A stretch of 64,000 nucleotides of DNA from an uncultured Gammaproteobacteria bacterium (GCA_964540095.1 CAZILH010000001.1:2552-66551), one strand, 5' to 3'; counted from the first letter of the stretch, positions 1 through 9,730 are shown. Translations and numbers: made by a program. The notes: a model not told the origin generated them from the sequence alone.

Positions 1-33
1 TCGTCGAGCTTAGCTCGATTTCGTCAGGAGGTA

Positions 34-477
34 GTGGCCATGATCGTCAAGAAAGACATTACCGTGATTTTCATCGGCTTGAATGAGACCTTGGTCCTGG
101 AGAGAATTTTGGCAGACCTCATCTTCTTTCTCTGCCAAAACAGGTTCAAAAACCTTGCGGATCGTCTCGGGTTAGAGAAGGGGGTTTCCCTACACTTCTC
201 AGAAGTCGGACCGCGCGGTAGATTCTGCATTGAGCTGCGCGTAGCTGAGACTGATCAGAGCTTCACGACCATTTCCTTTGACCTGTTCAAAGGCGTGAAA
301 CCAAACTTCATCCTGGAGTATCTAACCAGCAGACTTTCACAACTGGTGTCTGTTCAGGGCTACTACATGATCAGAAGTGACGTGCAATTCAGGGAAACGA
401 CAGAGCAAGACACTGCCTTCACTCCTCGTCCCAATGGCGACGCCTGGATATTGATCAGAATCACCAAGAATACTTGA
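34..477 (+). CDS. hypothetical protein (moderately GC-rich cassette, AGGAGG RBS upstream)
   Basis: Complete ORF preceded by aggagg; GC higher than flanking AT-rich DNA; no recognisable motif; followed by hairpin terminator at ~513-540. Confidence 0.3.
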   Translation: MAMIVKKDITVIFIGLNETLVLERILADLIFFLCQNRFKNLADRLGLEKGVSLHFSEVGPRGRFCIELRVAETDQSFTTISFDLFKGVKPNFILEYLTSRLSQLVSVQGYYMIRSDVQFRETTEQDTAFTPRPNGDAWILIRITKNT

Positions 478-512
478 TCAGACCAAGTGAATTCTCTGAA
501 AAAAACCCAAAA

Positions 513-540
513 GGGAGCGACCCTCGTCGCTCCCTTTTTC
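513..540. terminator. bidirectional intrinsic terminator (gggagcgac / gtcgctccc stem, T-runs on both sides)
   Basis: 9-bp perfect stem flanked by A-run upstream and T-run downstream; sits between convergent ORF 34-477 (+) and trmD (-). Confidence 0.6.
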
Positions 541-542
541 AT

Positions 543-1244
543 TTATCTAAATTTTTTTTGTTTCTCCCGCCACTCCTTAATCAATTTATGATTACCAGAA
601 AGCAAAACTTTCGGTACTTTCAAATTCATAAATTTATCTGGTCTAGTATATTGTGGGTATTCAACATTAAATTTTTTTGCCTGCTTATCATAGACCCCAA
701 AAGATTCATCAGCCACTGATTCTTCTTTGCCTACCACTCCTTTGACCAGACGAGAGACGCTGTCAACTACACAAGCCGCAGCCAGCTCTCCGCCAGTCAA
801 AACAAAATTGCCTAAAGAAATTTTTTCATCAATAAACTTATCAATGCGCGCATCAATTGCCTCATAGTGCCCAGCAATCAAAATCAGGCGATCATATTTG
901 ACTAATTGTTTTACTTTATTTTGATCCAAAGTATTGCCACGCGGTGTCAATAAAATAATCCTAGTTGTCTTGCTTTTGATCTTGCATATTTTTTTCAAAG
1001 TTTTGACAACCGGTTCGATTTTTATGACCATACCTGGTCCACCGCCATAGGGGGTGTCATCAACTGTTTTCCTTTTATCAGTCGCGGCTTGACGGATATC
1101 ATGAGTACGAATATCAATTAACTTTTTATCGCGCGCTCTTTTTAAAATTGAAGAATCAAAATAGCTATCTAAAATATTGGGAAAAATTGTCAGGATATCA
1201 AATTTCACCCGGTTAGAAATCATTTTTTGTTTATCTTTTTTCAT
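543..1244 (-). CDS. trmD: tRNA (guanine37-N1)-methyltransferase
   Basis: DILTIFP...YGGGPGMV motifs typical of TrmD/SPOUT; about 233 aa; lies downstream of rpsP and the KH-domain protein, as in the canonical operon. Confidence 0.9.
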   Translation of the reverse strand: MKKDKQKMISNRVKFDILTIFPNILDSYFDSSILKRARDKKLIDIRTHDIRQAATDKRKTVDDTPYGGGPGMVIKIEPVVKTLKKICKIKSKTTRIILLTPRGNTLDQNKVKQLVKYDRLILIAGHYEAIDARIDKFIDEKISLGNFVLTGGELAAACVVDSVSRLVKGVVGKEESVADESFGVYDKQAKKFNVEYPQYTRPDKFMNLKVPKVLLSGNHKLIKEWREKQKKFR

Positions 1245-1324
1245 AAAGTAAAATATATAACTTATTTATTTTTACATTTTCACACAAACCCTCTTAGAAT
1301 AAATTTCTAACCGGGCTCATAAAA

Positions 1325-2230
1325 TTATTGTAACCCCATTTCTTTTTTATAGCCCTCCAGCCATTCCGGCAAATTGACTTGCGGTTCCCAACCCAACAAT
1401 TTTTTAGCTTTTCTGTTATCAGCCAAACTTTCTTTTGGTTCCAAGCGAGCCGGGATATTTACACTTGGTCCGCCAATCATTTTGGCCAGCTCATTGATAC
1501 TGTAGCTGTGTCCTCGACCTAAGTTTATGACCTCGCCCTGACCCACAGTAGCACTTTCCATGGCTAACATATTTCCGCGGACAATATCAGCTACATTGGT
1601 ATAGTCGCGGCGATTTTCGCCATCACCGACTATGGTCATTGGCTCATTTTTTAATCTCTGCGACACAAAAATTCCCATGACCAGACAATAGGCGCCTTCC
1701 AGGGCTTGTCTTTTGCCGTAGACATTAAAATAACGCAAACAAACAGTTGGCAGATCATAGACCTGAGTGAACAAGCGACAATACATTTCGCCAACATATT
1801 TTTGCAAACCATAGGGACTCAAAGGTTTTGCTGGCATATCTTCCACTAGAGGCATTTTGTCTTGATCACCATAAGCCGAAGACGAGGCGCTGTAAATAAC
1901 TTTTTTTACTTTGGCATCTCGAGCCGCCACCAAAACATTGAGTGTGCAGGTCAGATTCATTTCGTTAGAAAATATCGGATCCTGGATAGATGGCTGAACG
2001 CGGGGAAAAGCCGCTAGATGAAAAACATAATCAACGCCCTGAAACAAGGGTTTGATGTCTGCAATATTTTTTAAGTCCAACAAATGAAACTTGGCCCTAG
2101 AATTGATATTTTCTTTTTTGCCAGTAGAAAGATTGTCAATAACCACTACTTCGTGGCCCTTGGCTACCAAAGCGTCAACTAGATTTGATCCTATAAAACC
2201 GGCTCCGCCGGTCACTAAACATTTTGACAT
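1325..2230 (-). CDS. NAD-dependent epimerase/dehydratase (UDP-sugar 4-epimerase family)
   Basis: N-terminal TGGAGFIGS Rossmann motif, SASSSAYGD and YxxxK (YGLQKY) short-chain dehydrogenase catalytic signature; start moved to MSKCLVTGG (2230) rather than upstream in-frame Met. Confidence 0.85.
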   Translation of the reverse strand: MSKCLVTGGAGFIGSNLVDALVAKGHEVVVIDNLSTGKKENINSRAKFHLLDLKNIADIKPLFQGVDYVFHLAAFPRVQPSIQDPIFSNEMNLTCTLNVLVAARDAKVKKVIYSASSSAYGDQDKMPLVEDMPAKPLSPYGLQKYVGEMYCRLFTQVYDLPTVCLRYFNVYGKRQALEGAYCLVMGIFVSQRLKNEPMTIVGDGENRRDYTNVADIVRGNMLAMESATVGQGEVINLGRGHSYSINELAKMIGGPSVNIPARLEPKESLADNRKAKKLLGWEPQVNLPEWLEGYKKEMGLQ

Positions 2231-2404
2231 AATATTTTTCTTAATATTATTAAAGATACTATAAATTTGAAAAAATACCAAACAGCTATACGCATATACC
2301 CTCCACAAACCATTGACAAAATGTTTTATATATGATATAAAACATGGTCAACTTGCCGCAAGATACTATCTTGCTTCTCTGCACCTTTTCATTGGAGGCA
2401 TGTC

Positions 2405-2974
2405 ATGAACACGCTCAAATTCAAGCAAATGCTGCGCTGGTCACTGTTGAGTGCTGGGGGAATCGCTCTCTTCTGGATGATCTACTACATTATTCGCGGC
2501 TTTGTCCCGGTGAGCGACACCATCCGATGGAGTCGAGACAACACTATTATGCCTCCGTTCACACTGTCCCGCTGGTGGGACATTATGATGGGACCCATTT
2601 TCTCCGTTTTTGTCGTCTCGATCCTCAATTCGAACAGATCAAAGAAGGACGAAGACGAAGACTGGTACACTGGCTTTAACTGCGATCCACTCCTCGTGTT
2701 GGTTGCTGGTCTAATCCTTGGCCTAATAATTGGCCTGGATTTGACTTCGCTGCTGCCCATCAACGGCTGCTTGATGTACAGTGTTCTACTTATGATCATC
2801 GGTGAACTCATGGGTCTGGGCTTTTTACTGACCCTTGGCCTGGCCATCGGTTTTGGTGTCAGCCTACGCTGCGGACTGGTGGTTGGTCTGGGCTTCAGCC
2901 TCATTTTTCTACTGCTATGGCTTTTGGGGAAGAAACTCATAATCCGACTCTGGAAATGGCTCATGATTCGATGA
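2405..2974 (+). CDS. GC-rich cassette: multi-pass membrane protein, unknown function
   Basis: GGAGG RBS 8 nt upstream, TTGACA-17-TATAAA promoter at ~2312-2340; GC about 55% versus about 35% flanks; several hydrophobic helices; terminator ~3083-3125. Confidence 0.5.
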   Translation: MNTLKFKQMLRWSLLSAGGIALFWMIYYIIRGFVPVSDTIRWSRDNTIMPPFTLSRWWDIMMGPIFSVFVVSILNSNRSKKDEDEDWYTGFNCDPLLVLVAGLILGLIIGLDLTSLLPINGCLMYSVLLMIIGELMGLGFLLTLGLAIGFGVSLRCGLVVGLGFSLIFLLLWLLGKKLIIRLWKWLMIR

Positions 2975-3179
2975 GTACCCCCACCTTACTCTTGCCACTT
3001 GGCGATTTGGGAAGTTGCTGTGAAAGGCTGAGCCAAATGGCCAACTGACCTCGCCATCAAACCCAGAGCATGTCTCTGGGTCTGCTCGAGCCCGACGCAA
3101 CACACGCGCCGGGCTTTTCTTTTTATACCAAATTTATGCTAAAATATAATTATTAATAACCTTTAAAATACAAAAAGCT

Positions 3180-4310
3180 ATGAAACTCAAATTAATCGTC
3201 TTGGCTATGATGCTTATTTGGCCACTAAGCAGTTTGGCCATAGAAGCCCACAACAACAATTACCTTACTTTGGCTGAAGATCAAACGGTCAATGGTAATT
3301 ATTACGCGGCCGGCAACAAAATAGAAATTTTCGGCACAGTCAACGGTGATGTGTTTGCGGTTGGTAATGATATTGTCATTGATTCAGACAACATCAATGG
3401 TGATATTTTTGCCGCTGGCAACACTATCAGCATCAAAGGCAAGGTCAATGGTTCGCTTCGCTTAGTCGGACAAAAATTGGTAGTCGACGCTGAAGTGACT
3501 AGAAATATTTTGGCCGCTGGACAGAACTTGGATATAAATAAAGACGCAAAAATCCAAGGGCATGTCACTTTTGCCGGACAATCAGCCAGTGTCTATGGCA
3601 CAGTAGGCGGCCGCTTAGAATCGGCCTTGGAAAATCTACGACTCAGTGGACAGATTGCTGGTGATGCTGATGTTTATTTGGGTAGCAAAGACAAAAAGTT
3701 AGCCAATATTGATTTAGCGAATGGCGCCAAGATCAATGGCCATCTCAAATACTGGTCTAGCCAAACTTTGAACCTTGATCAGACAAAGGTTTCTCAAGGC
3801 ATTGAGCATCAGTCCATTACGCAAGTTGTTAAACGCCAAGCCAAACAGGGCTTCGGTCTCTTTGGCTGGCTATGGGAATTTTTATCAATGTTAGTTATTG
3901 CTTTGCTGTGGTGGCGCTGGCACAACAAATTTTTCTACCAAGCTCATGAGTTGGTCCAGAAGAACAAAGGCAAAAGTTTGCTGTGGGGCTTTCTTTCTTT
4001 GATTGCCATACCAGTATTGATTATCCTCCTGATGATCACAGTAATCGGCATACCTTTGGCTCTGATACTCTTGGCTAGCTGGTTGATTGCTTTGTGCTTG
4101 GCCAAAATTTTGGCTGCCTGGATTTTGATCCGTTTTGTCCAACAAGCTTGGTGGAAAAAATATCATGGTAAGGATTGGGCCTTACTCACCTTAGGTATTT
4201 TTATTATGAGTTTACTGGCCAAAATACCAGTGATCGGCTGGTTAATATGTTTTATCTTTTACCTGTGGGCTTGGGGGGCAATCATTCACTATTTTTACAA
4301 CAAAAAATAA
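3180..4310 (+). CDS. exported beta-helix repeat protein (bactofilin-like polymer-forming repeats) with C-terminal multi-TM anchor
   Basis: Signal peptide, then about 8 repeats of the xVNGDvFAaGNxIxIxG pattern typical of bactofilin/DUF583 beta-helix, then 4-5 TM helices. Confidence 0.6.
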   Translation: MKLKLIVLAMMLIWPLSSLAIEAHNNNYLTLAEDQTVNGNYYAAGNKIEIFGTVNGDVFAVGNDIVIDSDNINGDIFAAGNTISIKGKVNGSLRLVGQKLVVDAEVTRNILAAGQNLDINKDAKIQGHVTFAGQSASVYGTVGGRLESALENLRLSGQIAGDADVYLGSKDKKLANIDLANGAKINGHLKYWSSQTLNLDQTKVSQGIEHQSITQVVKRQAKQGFGLFGWLWEFLSMLVIALLWWRWHNKFFYQAHELVQKNKGKSLLWGFLSLIAIPVLIILLMITVIGIPLALILLASWLIALCLAKILAAWILIRFVQQAWWKKYHGKDWALLTLGIFIMSLLAKIPVIGWLICFIFYLWAWGAIIHYFYNKK

Positions 4311-4334
4311 AATTAATATCTCCGTAAAACGAAA

Positions 4335-4373
4335 CCAGCCCAGCTTCTCGCGAGAGGCTTGGCTGGGTTTTTT
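4335..4373 (+). terminator. intrinsic terminator containing palindromic core TTCTCGCGAGAGG
   Basis: Long GC stem ccagcccagc...gcttggctgg followed by tttttt. Confidence 0.6.
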
Positions 4374-4408
4374 GTCTATAAATTATATTTCAAAATATTA
4401 AAATTTTC

Positions 4409-4447
4409 TTTAAAATGGAAAGGCACGAGACCGCAGGGTCTCGTGCC
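4409..4447 (-). terminator. intrinsic terminator of GC-rich cassette gene 4473-4952
   Basis: Perfect 11-bp stem ggcacgagacc/ggtctcgtgcc, T-run on minus strand. Confidence 0.6.
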
Positions 4448-4472
4448 TTGAGTTGTTTGGCGGCCGGCCGCC

Positions 4473-4952
4473 TCAGTTCAGCGGCAGATCCACCTTCACG
4501 GGCCAGTCGCTCTCCCGCACCGTCAGCAGAGCGTAGAGGACATTGTTGTCCATGAGATCTTGCACTTGAGGTGTGCCCAACCTGCGGAACGGTGCCCAGC
4601 GGAATTTGATCGTCGGCGTCGTCGCCGACTCGTCGATCTTGACGCGGAACTTCTCCATGGGAAGGGAAGAAATGGCGTAGGTGCCGTCGTTCATTTCCCA
4701 GGAGAACTTCAGATTGACGCTGGTGCTGACCTGACTGTCCAAGCTGCCGACAATTAAGAAGAAGCTGGCGGAGGTGCTCGAGTTGACCTCCGTCCGCTCC
4801 ACCATCTTGCGCAGCCGGTGCTCGCCGCCCAGAAGTGCCTCGGTCAGTGACTTCTTCGGATGCTTCTGCTCGTTTTGAACGCTCAGGATACAAACAACGG
4901 CCAGGGCTACGACAACGATCGTAACGATAATCCAAATCCAACGCTTCGACAT
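4473..4952 (-). CDS. GC-rich cassette: N-terminally membrane-anchored hypothetical protein
   Basis: AAGGAGAG RBS and TTGACA-17-TATAAG promoter upstream (RC of ~4953-5040); about 58% GC; single N-terminal TM then about 130-aa domain; overlapping ORFs in other frames judged GC artefacts. Confidence 0.5.
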   Translation of the reverse strand: MSKRWIWIIVTIVVVALAVVCILSVQNEQKHPKKSLTEALLGGEHRLRKMVERTEVNSSTSASFFLIVGSLDSQVSTSVNLKFSWEMNDGTYAISSLPMEKFRVKIDESATTPTIKFRWAPFRRLGTPQVQDLMDNNVLYALLTVRESDWPVKVDLPLN

Positions 4953-5084
4953 GGCCCTCTCCTTTCAGGGATGAATGTTCCGATAAAACATTTACTTATA
5001 TCATATATTTCATTTTTTGTCAACCTATAAAAACCAAAACGAAAAACCGAGCTTAGCTCGGTCTTTCTATTTTTTATGTACAAA

Positions 5085-5402
5085 TTATAATTTCAAATCG
5101 TCGACTTCTTCGTGTTTTGTTTCCACACGTGGCATTGGGGCAGCCATTGGTCTACCTTCTTTTTCTGGTTCGTAGACCTTCAAGTTCACGTAAGAATTAT
5201 TTTTGTTGCCCATGATGCGCAACAAAGTTCTCAATGACCTGGCGGTCTGACCTTGCTTGCCGATAATCTTACCCATCTCCGCTGGGTTGACCTTTAGGGT
5301 CAAAAGTACACCTCTCTCGTCGATGGTCCTTTCGACAACTACGTCTTCCGGCTTCTCAACTAGAGCTTTTACAATCATCTCCAAAAATTCTTTGTCATTC
5401 AT
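5085..5402 (-). CDS. KH-domain RNA-binding protein (YlqC/UPF0109 family)
   Basis: GKIIGKQGQTARSLRTLL KH motif; located immediately downstream of rpsP as in the rpsP-KH-rimM-trmD operon. Confidence 0.8.
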   Translation of the reverse strand: MNDKEFLEMIVKALVEKPEDVVVERTIDERGVLLTLKVNPAEMGKIIGKQGQTARSLRTLLRIMGNKNNSYVNLKVYEPEKEGRPMAAPMPRVETKHEEVDDLKL

Positions 5403-5498
5403 ATTTTTTCTTTAATAACTTCTTAGCATTATTCTTACAAAGGTCAAGAATAACTTAAGGCATTATAATATAATTTTAAAAAACGGTCAAACCAATCC

Positions 5499-5861
5499 CT
5501 AAACAGCCGCTTCAACAACTTCTTCTTTTTTTTCTTCAACTGGTTTTTCGACTTCGGCTGGTTTTTTCTTGGCGGCAATTTTTTCGCGACGAGCATTGGA
5601 CAAGCTCACGGCCTTGGCTTTCTGGCCAGTGATGACCTTTTGTTTGATCAACAAATTGTGCAAAGTAGCTGAAGCTACAGCACCTTGTGACAACCAATAT
5701 TTGATACGCTCAACCTTAAGTACTGCCACTTTAGTGTGGGGGTTGTAATTACCGACAATTTCTAGGTGGTCACCATACATATCACGTTTCTTTTCAGAAA
5801 CAACTATTCTGTAGGCAGCTTGCTTTTTACGACCGACTCTAGCCATTCTTATAGCTAACAT
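5499..5861 (-). CDS. rpsP: 30S ribosomal protein S16 with Lys/Glu-rich C-terminal extension
   Basis: MLAIRMARVGRKKQAAYRIVV matches S16 N-terminus (MLKIRLARxGxKKxPFYRIVV). Confidence 0.9.
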   Translation of the reverse strand: MLAIRMARVGRKKQAAYRIVVSEKKRDMYGDHLEIVGNYNPHTKVAVLKVERIKYWLSQGAVASATLHNLLIKQKVITGQKAKAVSLSNARREKIAAKKKPAEVEKPVEEKKEEVVEAAV

Positions 5862-6001
5862 CCTTTTTTAGAAATTAATTATTAAAAGGTGCCAAAATAT
5901 TACTATATTTGATAAAGTTTGTCAATGTCGACCCCACTCACCAAAACTCCTGGACTAATCTTTTATCTTTTTGTATAATATCCAGCAGCAAAAACAACTT
6001 T

Positions 6002-6865
6002 ATGATAAAAAAAGAAAAAATTGGGTTTATTGGACAAGGTTTTATTGGCAGAAGCTATGCTGACGATTATGAGGCCCGCGGTTATGAGGTCATTCGCTAT
6101 GATCGTCGACAATTCCCGCAAAACAAAGACCTGATTGCCACTTGCGATTTTGTTTTTATTGCCGTACCTACTCCCACCACGCCCCAGGGGTTTGACGACA
6201 GCGTTGTGCAAGAGGTCTTGAAATTAGTCGGCTCTGGAAAAATTGCGATTATCAAATCAACTATCAAAGTCGGAACCTGCAAAAAAATGCAGGCTCTATA
6301 CCCAGATATTGTGATCATGCATAGTCCAGAATTTTTGACAGAAAAAACCGCCCTAGCAGATGCCCAGCATCCTGATAGAAATATTGTTGGCATCACTGAT
6401 ATAAATAATCCGGATCTCAAAAACAAAGCCCAAACAGTAATCAACTCACTACCAAAAGCTCCCTTTGAATTGATTTGCTCAGCCGAGCACGCGGAGATGA
6501 TCAAGTACGCCAACAACTGCTGGTTTTACTTCAAGGTTGTTTTTATGAACACGCTCTATGACTTGGAGCAAAAACACGGCTTGAATCATGAAATAATAAA
6601 AGAAGCCCTGGCTCATGATCCGCGTATCGGCTCCACTCATCTTGATGTCGTGCATTCCGGACGCGTCGATGTTGTGCATCAAGGCGGACGAGGCGCTGGT
6701 GGCCATTGTTTTATCAAGGATTTTGAAACTTATATCAGCATGCTCAAAGAAGCCGGACTTTACGATCAACAAAAGGCCTGCGAAGCCATCCGCGATATTA
6801 ATTTGCAATATTTAAAAAACACCGGCAAGGACTTGGATCTCTTGAAAGGTGTCTACGGGGAATAA
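6002..6865 (+). CDS. NAD-binding dehydrogenase, nucleotide-sugar (UDP-glucose/GDP-mannose) dehydrogenase-like N-terminal domain
   Basis: IGFIGQGFIG Rossmann motif, FIAVPTPT motif reminiscent of the UgdH family; start set at MIKKEKIGF. Confidence 0.55.
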   Translation: MIKKEKIGFIGQGFIGRSYADDYEARGYEVIRYDRRQFPQNKDLIATCDFVFIAVPTPTTPQGFDDSVVQEVLKLVGSGKIAIIKSTIKVGTCKKMQALYPDIVIMHSPEFLTEKTALADAQHPDRNIVGITDINNPDLKNKAQTVINSLPKAPFELICSAEHAEMIKYANNCWFYFKVVFMNTLYDLEQKHGLNHEIIKEALAHDPRIGSTHLDVVHSGRVDVVHQGGRGAGGHCFIKDFETYISMLKEAGLYDQQKACEAIRDINLQYLKNTGKDLDLLKGVYGE

Positions 6866-6874
6866 ACTTGCCAA

Positions 6875-6905
6875 ATCCAGCCTCTCGCGAGAGGCTGGAT
6901 TATTT
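6875..6905. terminator. palindromic bidirectional terminator (ATCCAGCCTCTCGCGAGAGGCTGGAT)
   Basis: 26-bp perfect palindrome between convergent genes; shares CTCTCGCGAGAG core with terminator at 4335-4373. Confidence 0.55.
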
Positions 6906-9464
6906 AGCGGCTATTTCATCAGCTTGATCAAAACTCATGGAAAGCAGTTTTGAGACACCATCATCGCCCATGGTCACACCATAAATAATTTTGGCGTTAT
7001 GCATGGTGGCTCGATTGTGCGTGATGGCAATAAATTGAGTTTTATTGGAAATTTCTTGCAGTATCTGACTAAAACGAACTGAGTTGGCTTCATCCAAAGC
7101 AGCATCAACCTCGTCTAAGAATACAAACGGCGAGGGATTGTTGGAAATAATAGCGCAAATCAGAGCAATAGAGGTCAGCGCTTTTTCTCCGCCAGACAGC
7201 ATGCTGATACCCGACAATCTTTTACCTGGAGGCGTGGCTTTGATCTCAATACCATATTGTTTTTGAATTTTCTTTTCTGGAATTTCGCCATCAACACCTT
7301 CGACTTCCTCACCATTGCTGATAATATTTTCTTTAATATCCAAAATCAATTCAGCTTTGCCACCAGCAAACAATTTTTTGAAATAAGAATCAAATAGTTT
7401 GTTGATATTGTGAAAGGCCTGATCAAATTGTTTGGATATTGACTCATCTAGATCTTTGATTATTTTTTCTAAGTGCGCTATGGCCTCATTCAGATCGTCG
7501 CTCTGTGTTTTCAAGAATTGATAGCGTTCATTGACTTGGCTATATTCTTCCATGACAGCCGGATCAATGCCACCAATTATTTGTAATTGATTTTTTAAAC
7601 TAGCGATTTGAACCCGACTGGCCTCAGTATCAATCTGCCCCACTTTCTTGACCTGAAAGTCGGCCATTTCCTCGCCAATTTCTCGATTCAAATCTTCTTG
7701 CTTGGTCTCCAGACGAGCCAAAACAACTTTAATTTCATTTAACTTGCTATTTTTAGTATTAAACTCCTGCTGTATTTCGCGAAAATCTTTTTGGGACTGT
7801 ACCAAGCTGCTTTTCTTTTTTTCCTCTTGCTCATTGAAAGCGCGCACTTCTTTTTCAATGCTGGCAATTTTTTTATTCTGCGAATCAATTTTGGCTAGCA
7901 GAATTTCTAGTTGATCTTTCAAGCCCTTATTGTCCTGCTTATTTTCAGCTAGATTTTTACGCTCATTCTCTAACTTTATTAACTCTTGTTTGTCTTTGTT
8001 TAATTGTTGATTGATCAAAGCAATTTCTTGATCGGCCATGGCCAATCTAGTCTTGGCCTCATTGACCTCGGCCACCATATTATCCTTGGTCAGTAATAAT
8101 TGATTGAATTTTTCCGTCCAATCTTGATTGGTGTTTTTGGCTGGCCGAGAAAAATAATTTTTCACTTCCCACAAACTAGCGGTTATTTGCTGACACAATT
8201 TTTTCAATGACTCCAATTTGTCTAGAGCATCAATGTTTTCCAAAGCGCGTTCAAAATCTTGCTGTTTATCCAACAGCGCCGTCACCTTGTGGCTTATTTT
8301 TTCATTTGACCACTCATCATTGTTGTTCTTGACTTCGTCTTCTAATTTTTTAAAATCGGCTAAGATAACTTTTTGCTTGTTTTCTAAATCCAAAACCTGC
8401 TCTTGGGTTTGTTTTTGGCGGTGCTGTTTTTCCTCTAGGTGCAAATTTTGCAAATTAACTTCATTGGCTAGTGTATCTAATCTTTTTTTCAGCCAAACTA
8501 TATCTACCTGGCCAGTAGAAATCAATTGCACATCCATCTGCCCCTCAATAATGGCTTTTTCTTTGAGCGAACTATTGAGCTCATCCTGCGCTTGGCTCAG
8601 GCGATTTTGCAGATGATCAAAACTATCTTGACGACTGCGCCCTTTTTCTTCTTTTTCCAAACTAGTTTGCAAATCAACTAATTTTTGATTCAAATTTGAA
8701 ACTTCTTTGACTGAGGTCTGATACTGATCTTTATGACTAGACAATTCGCTGTTCAATTGATTGCTCAAAAAACTATAATAATCAGTTTGTAAATTATTCA
8801 AATCCCTAATTAATTGTTCTCTTTTTTCCAACCTTTTTACTTGCCGAGTCAAGCTACGCAAGTGTGGCTCCAATTCATTCAAAATCTGGCTGGTCTGACC
8901 TAGATTATTTTTGGCGCCTTCTAGCTTATTAATGGCTTGCTCTTTTTTGATCTGAAATTGACGAACGCCAGTGGCTTCATCAAAAAATTCTTTGCGCTCA
9001 GCCGATGATGAGGTCAGGATAGAGTCAATCATTCCCTGGCCAATGACGCTATAAGTCTTCTGGCCAAAATTGGCCTTGGCCAAGAGTAATTGCACATCCA
9101 TCAAGCGCACTCGGCTGTTATTAATCAAATACTCGCTCTCACCATTGCGATCAATTTTGCGAGTAATAATAATTTGCTCAAAATCTACATCAGCCAGATG
9201 GTCTTGATTGTTGAGATACAAACTAACTTGCGCAAAGCCCAAGCGCCCTTTTTTATCAGAGCCAGCAAAAATTACATCTTCTGATTTTTTGCCACGCAAA
9301 GTTTTGGAGCTTTGCTCGCCCAAGACCCAGCGGACAGCGTCAGCAATGTTTGACTTGCCTGAGCCATTTGGTCCGACTATGGCTGTCAATTCACGATTAA
9401 AAAAAAGCTCTGTGCTGTTGGCAAAAGATTTGAACCCCTGAATTTCTAGTTTTTCCAAATACAT
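6900..9464 (-). CDS. smc: chromosome segregation protein SMC (short form)
   Basis: N-terminal Walker A GPNGSGKSN, long coiled coils, C-terminal LSGGEKALTSIALICAI signature and Walker B FLDEVDAALD; start at MYLEKLEIQGFKSF. Confidence 0.9.
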   Translation of the reverse strand: MYLEKLEIQGFKSFANSTELFFNRELTAIVGPNGSGKSNIADAVRWVLGEQSSKTLRGKKSEDVIFAGSDKKGRLGFAQVSLYLNNQDHLADVDFEQIIITRKIDRNGESEYLINNSRVRLMDVQLLLAKANFGQKTYSVIGQGMIDSILTSSSAERKEFFDEATGVRQFQIKKEQAINKLEGAKNNLGQTSQILNELEPHLRSLTRQVKRLEKREQLIRDLNNLQTDYYSFLSNQLNSELSSHKDQYQTSVKEVSNLNQKLVDLQTSLEKEEKGRSRQDSFDHLQNRLSQAQDELNSSLKEKAIIEGQMDVQLISTGQVDIVWLKKRLDTLANEVNLQNLHLEEKQHRQKQTQEQVLDLENKQKVILADFKKLEDEVKNNNDEWSNEKISHKVTALLDKQQDFERALENIDALDKLESLKKLCQQITASLWEVKNYFSRPAKNTNQDWTEKFNQLLLTKDNMVAEVNEAKTRLAMADQEIALINQQLNKDKQELIKLENERKNLAENKQDNKGLKDQLEILLAKIDSQNKKIASIEKEVRAFNEQEEKKKSSLVQSQKDFREIQQEFNTKNSKLNEIKVVLARLETKQEDLNREIGEEMADFQVKKVGQIDTEASRVQIASLKNQLQIIGGIDPAVMEEYSQVNERYQFLKTQSDDLNEAIAHLEKIIKDLDESISKQFDQAFHNINKLFDSYFKKLFAGGKAELILDIKENIISNGEEVEGVDGEIPEKKIQKQYGIEIKATPPGKRLSGISMLSGGEKALTSIALICAIISNNPSPFVFLDEVDAALDEANSVRFSQILQEISNKTQFIAITHNRATMHNAKIIYGVTMGDDGVSKLLSMSFDQADEIAAK

Positions 9465-9521
9465 AAATAAAAAAATAACAACTGTTAGCGTTATTATTTT
9501 AACATAATTTATACTTTTAAT

Positions 9522-9730
9522 AAATATAAAGCCCCCGTCGACAAGTTGTTGTGTCTTGGATGAGACGGGGGCAAAGAATGAACGGGCGCCACAGCTATGA
9601 GTGGTCACTAGCCCTATCATGGGCTAGAGCTCCAGACACAGGGTCCGCGGCTACGGCTGAAGGACTCGCCTCAATTTCAACGAGTTCCACTCGTTACCTC
9701 TGTGGCGCCCGAAACGAAAACGAACAACGA
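9522..9730 (-). ncRNA. putative structured small RNA B (about 200 nt, GC-rich); identity unresolved
   Basis: Minus-strand TTGACA-17-TATCAT promoter (RC of ~9737-9765); 11-bp long-range stem gggcgccacag/ctgtggcgccc enclosing several hairpins; ends in 9-bp stem-loop gcccccgtc...gacgggggc plus T-run; no convincing ORF. Confidence 0.3.

Noticed and set aside
4390-4941. Alternative-frame and antisense ORFs inside GC-rich cassettes (e.g. 4390-4941, 4560-4757, 2485-2964, 23258-23566, 29271-29513, 30110-30574, 30261-30503, 30336-30590, 36823-37080, 36888-37280, 60145-60384, 60254-60544)
   Set aside because: High GC suppresses stop codons in all frames; only one frame per cassette has an SD sequence, a promoter at the right distance and sensible signal-peptide/TM features
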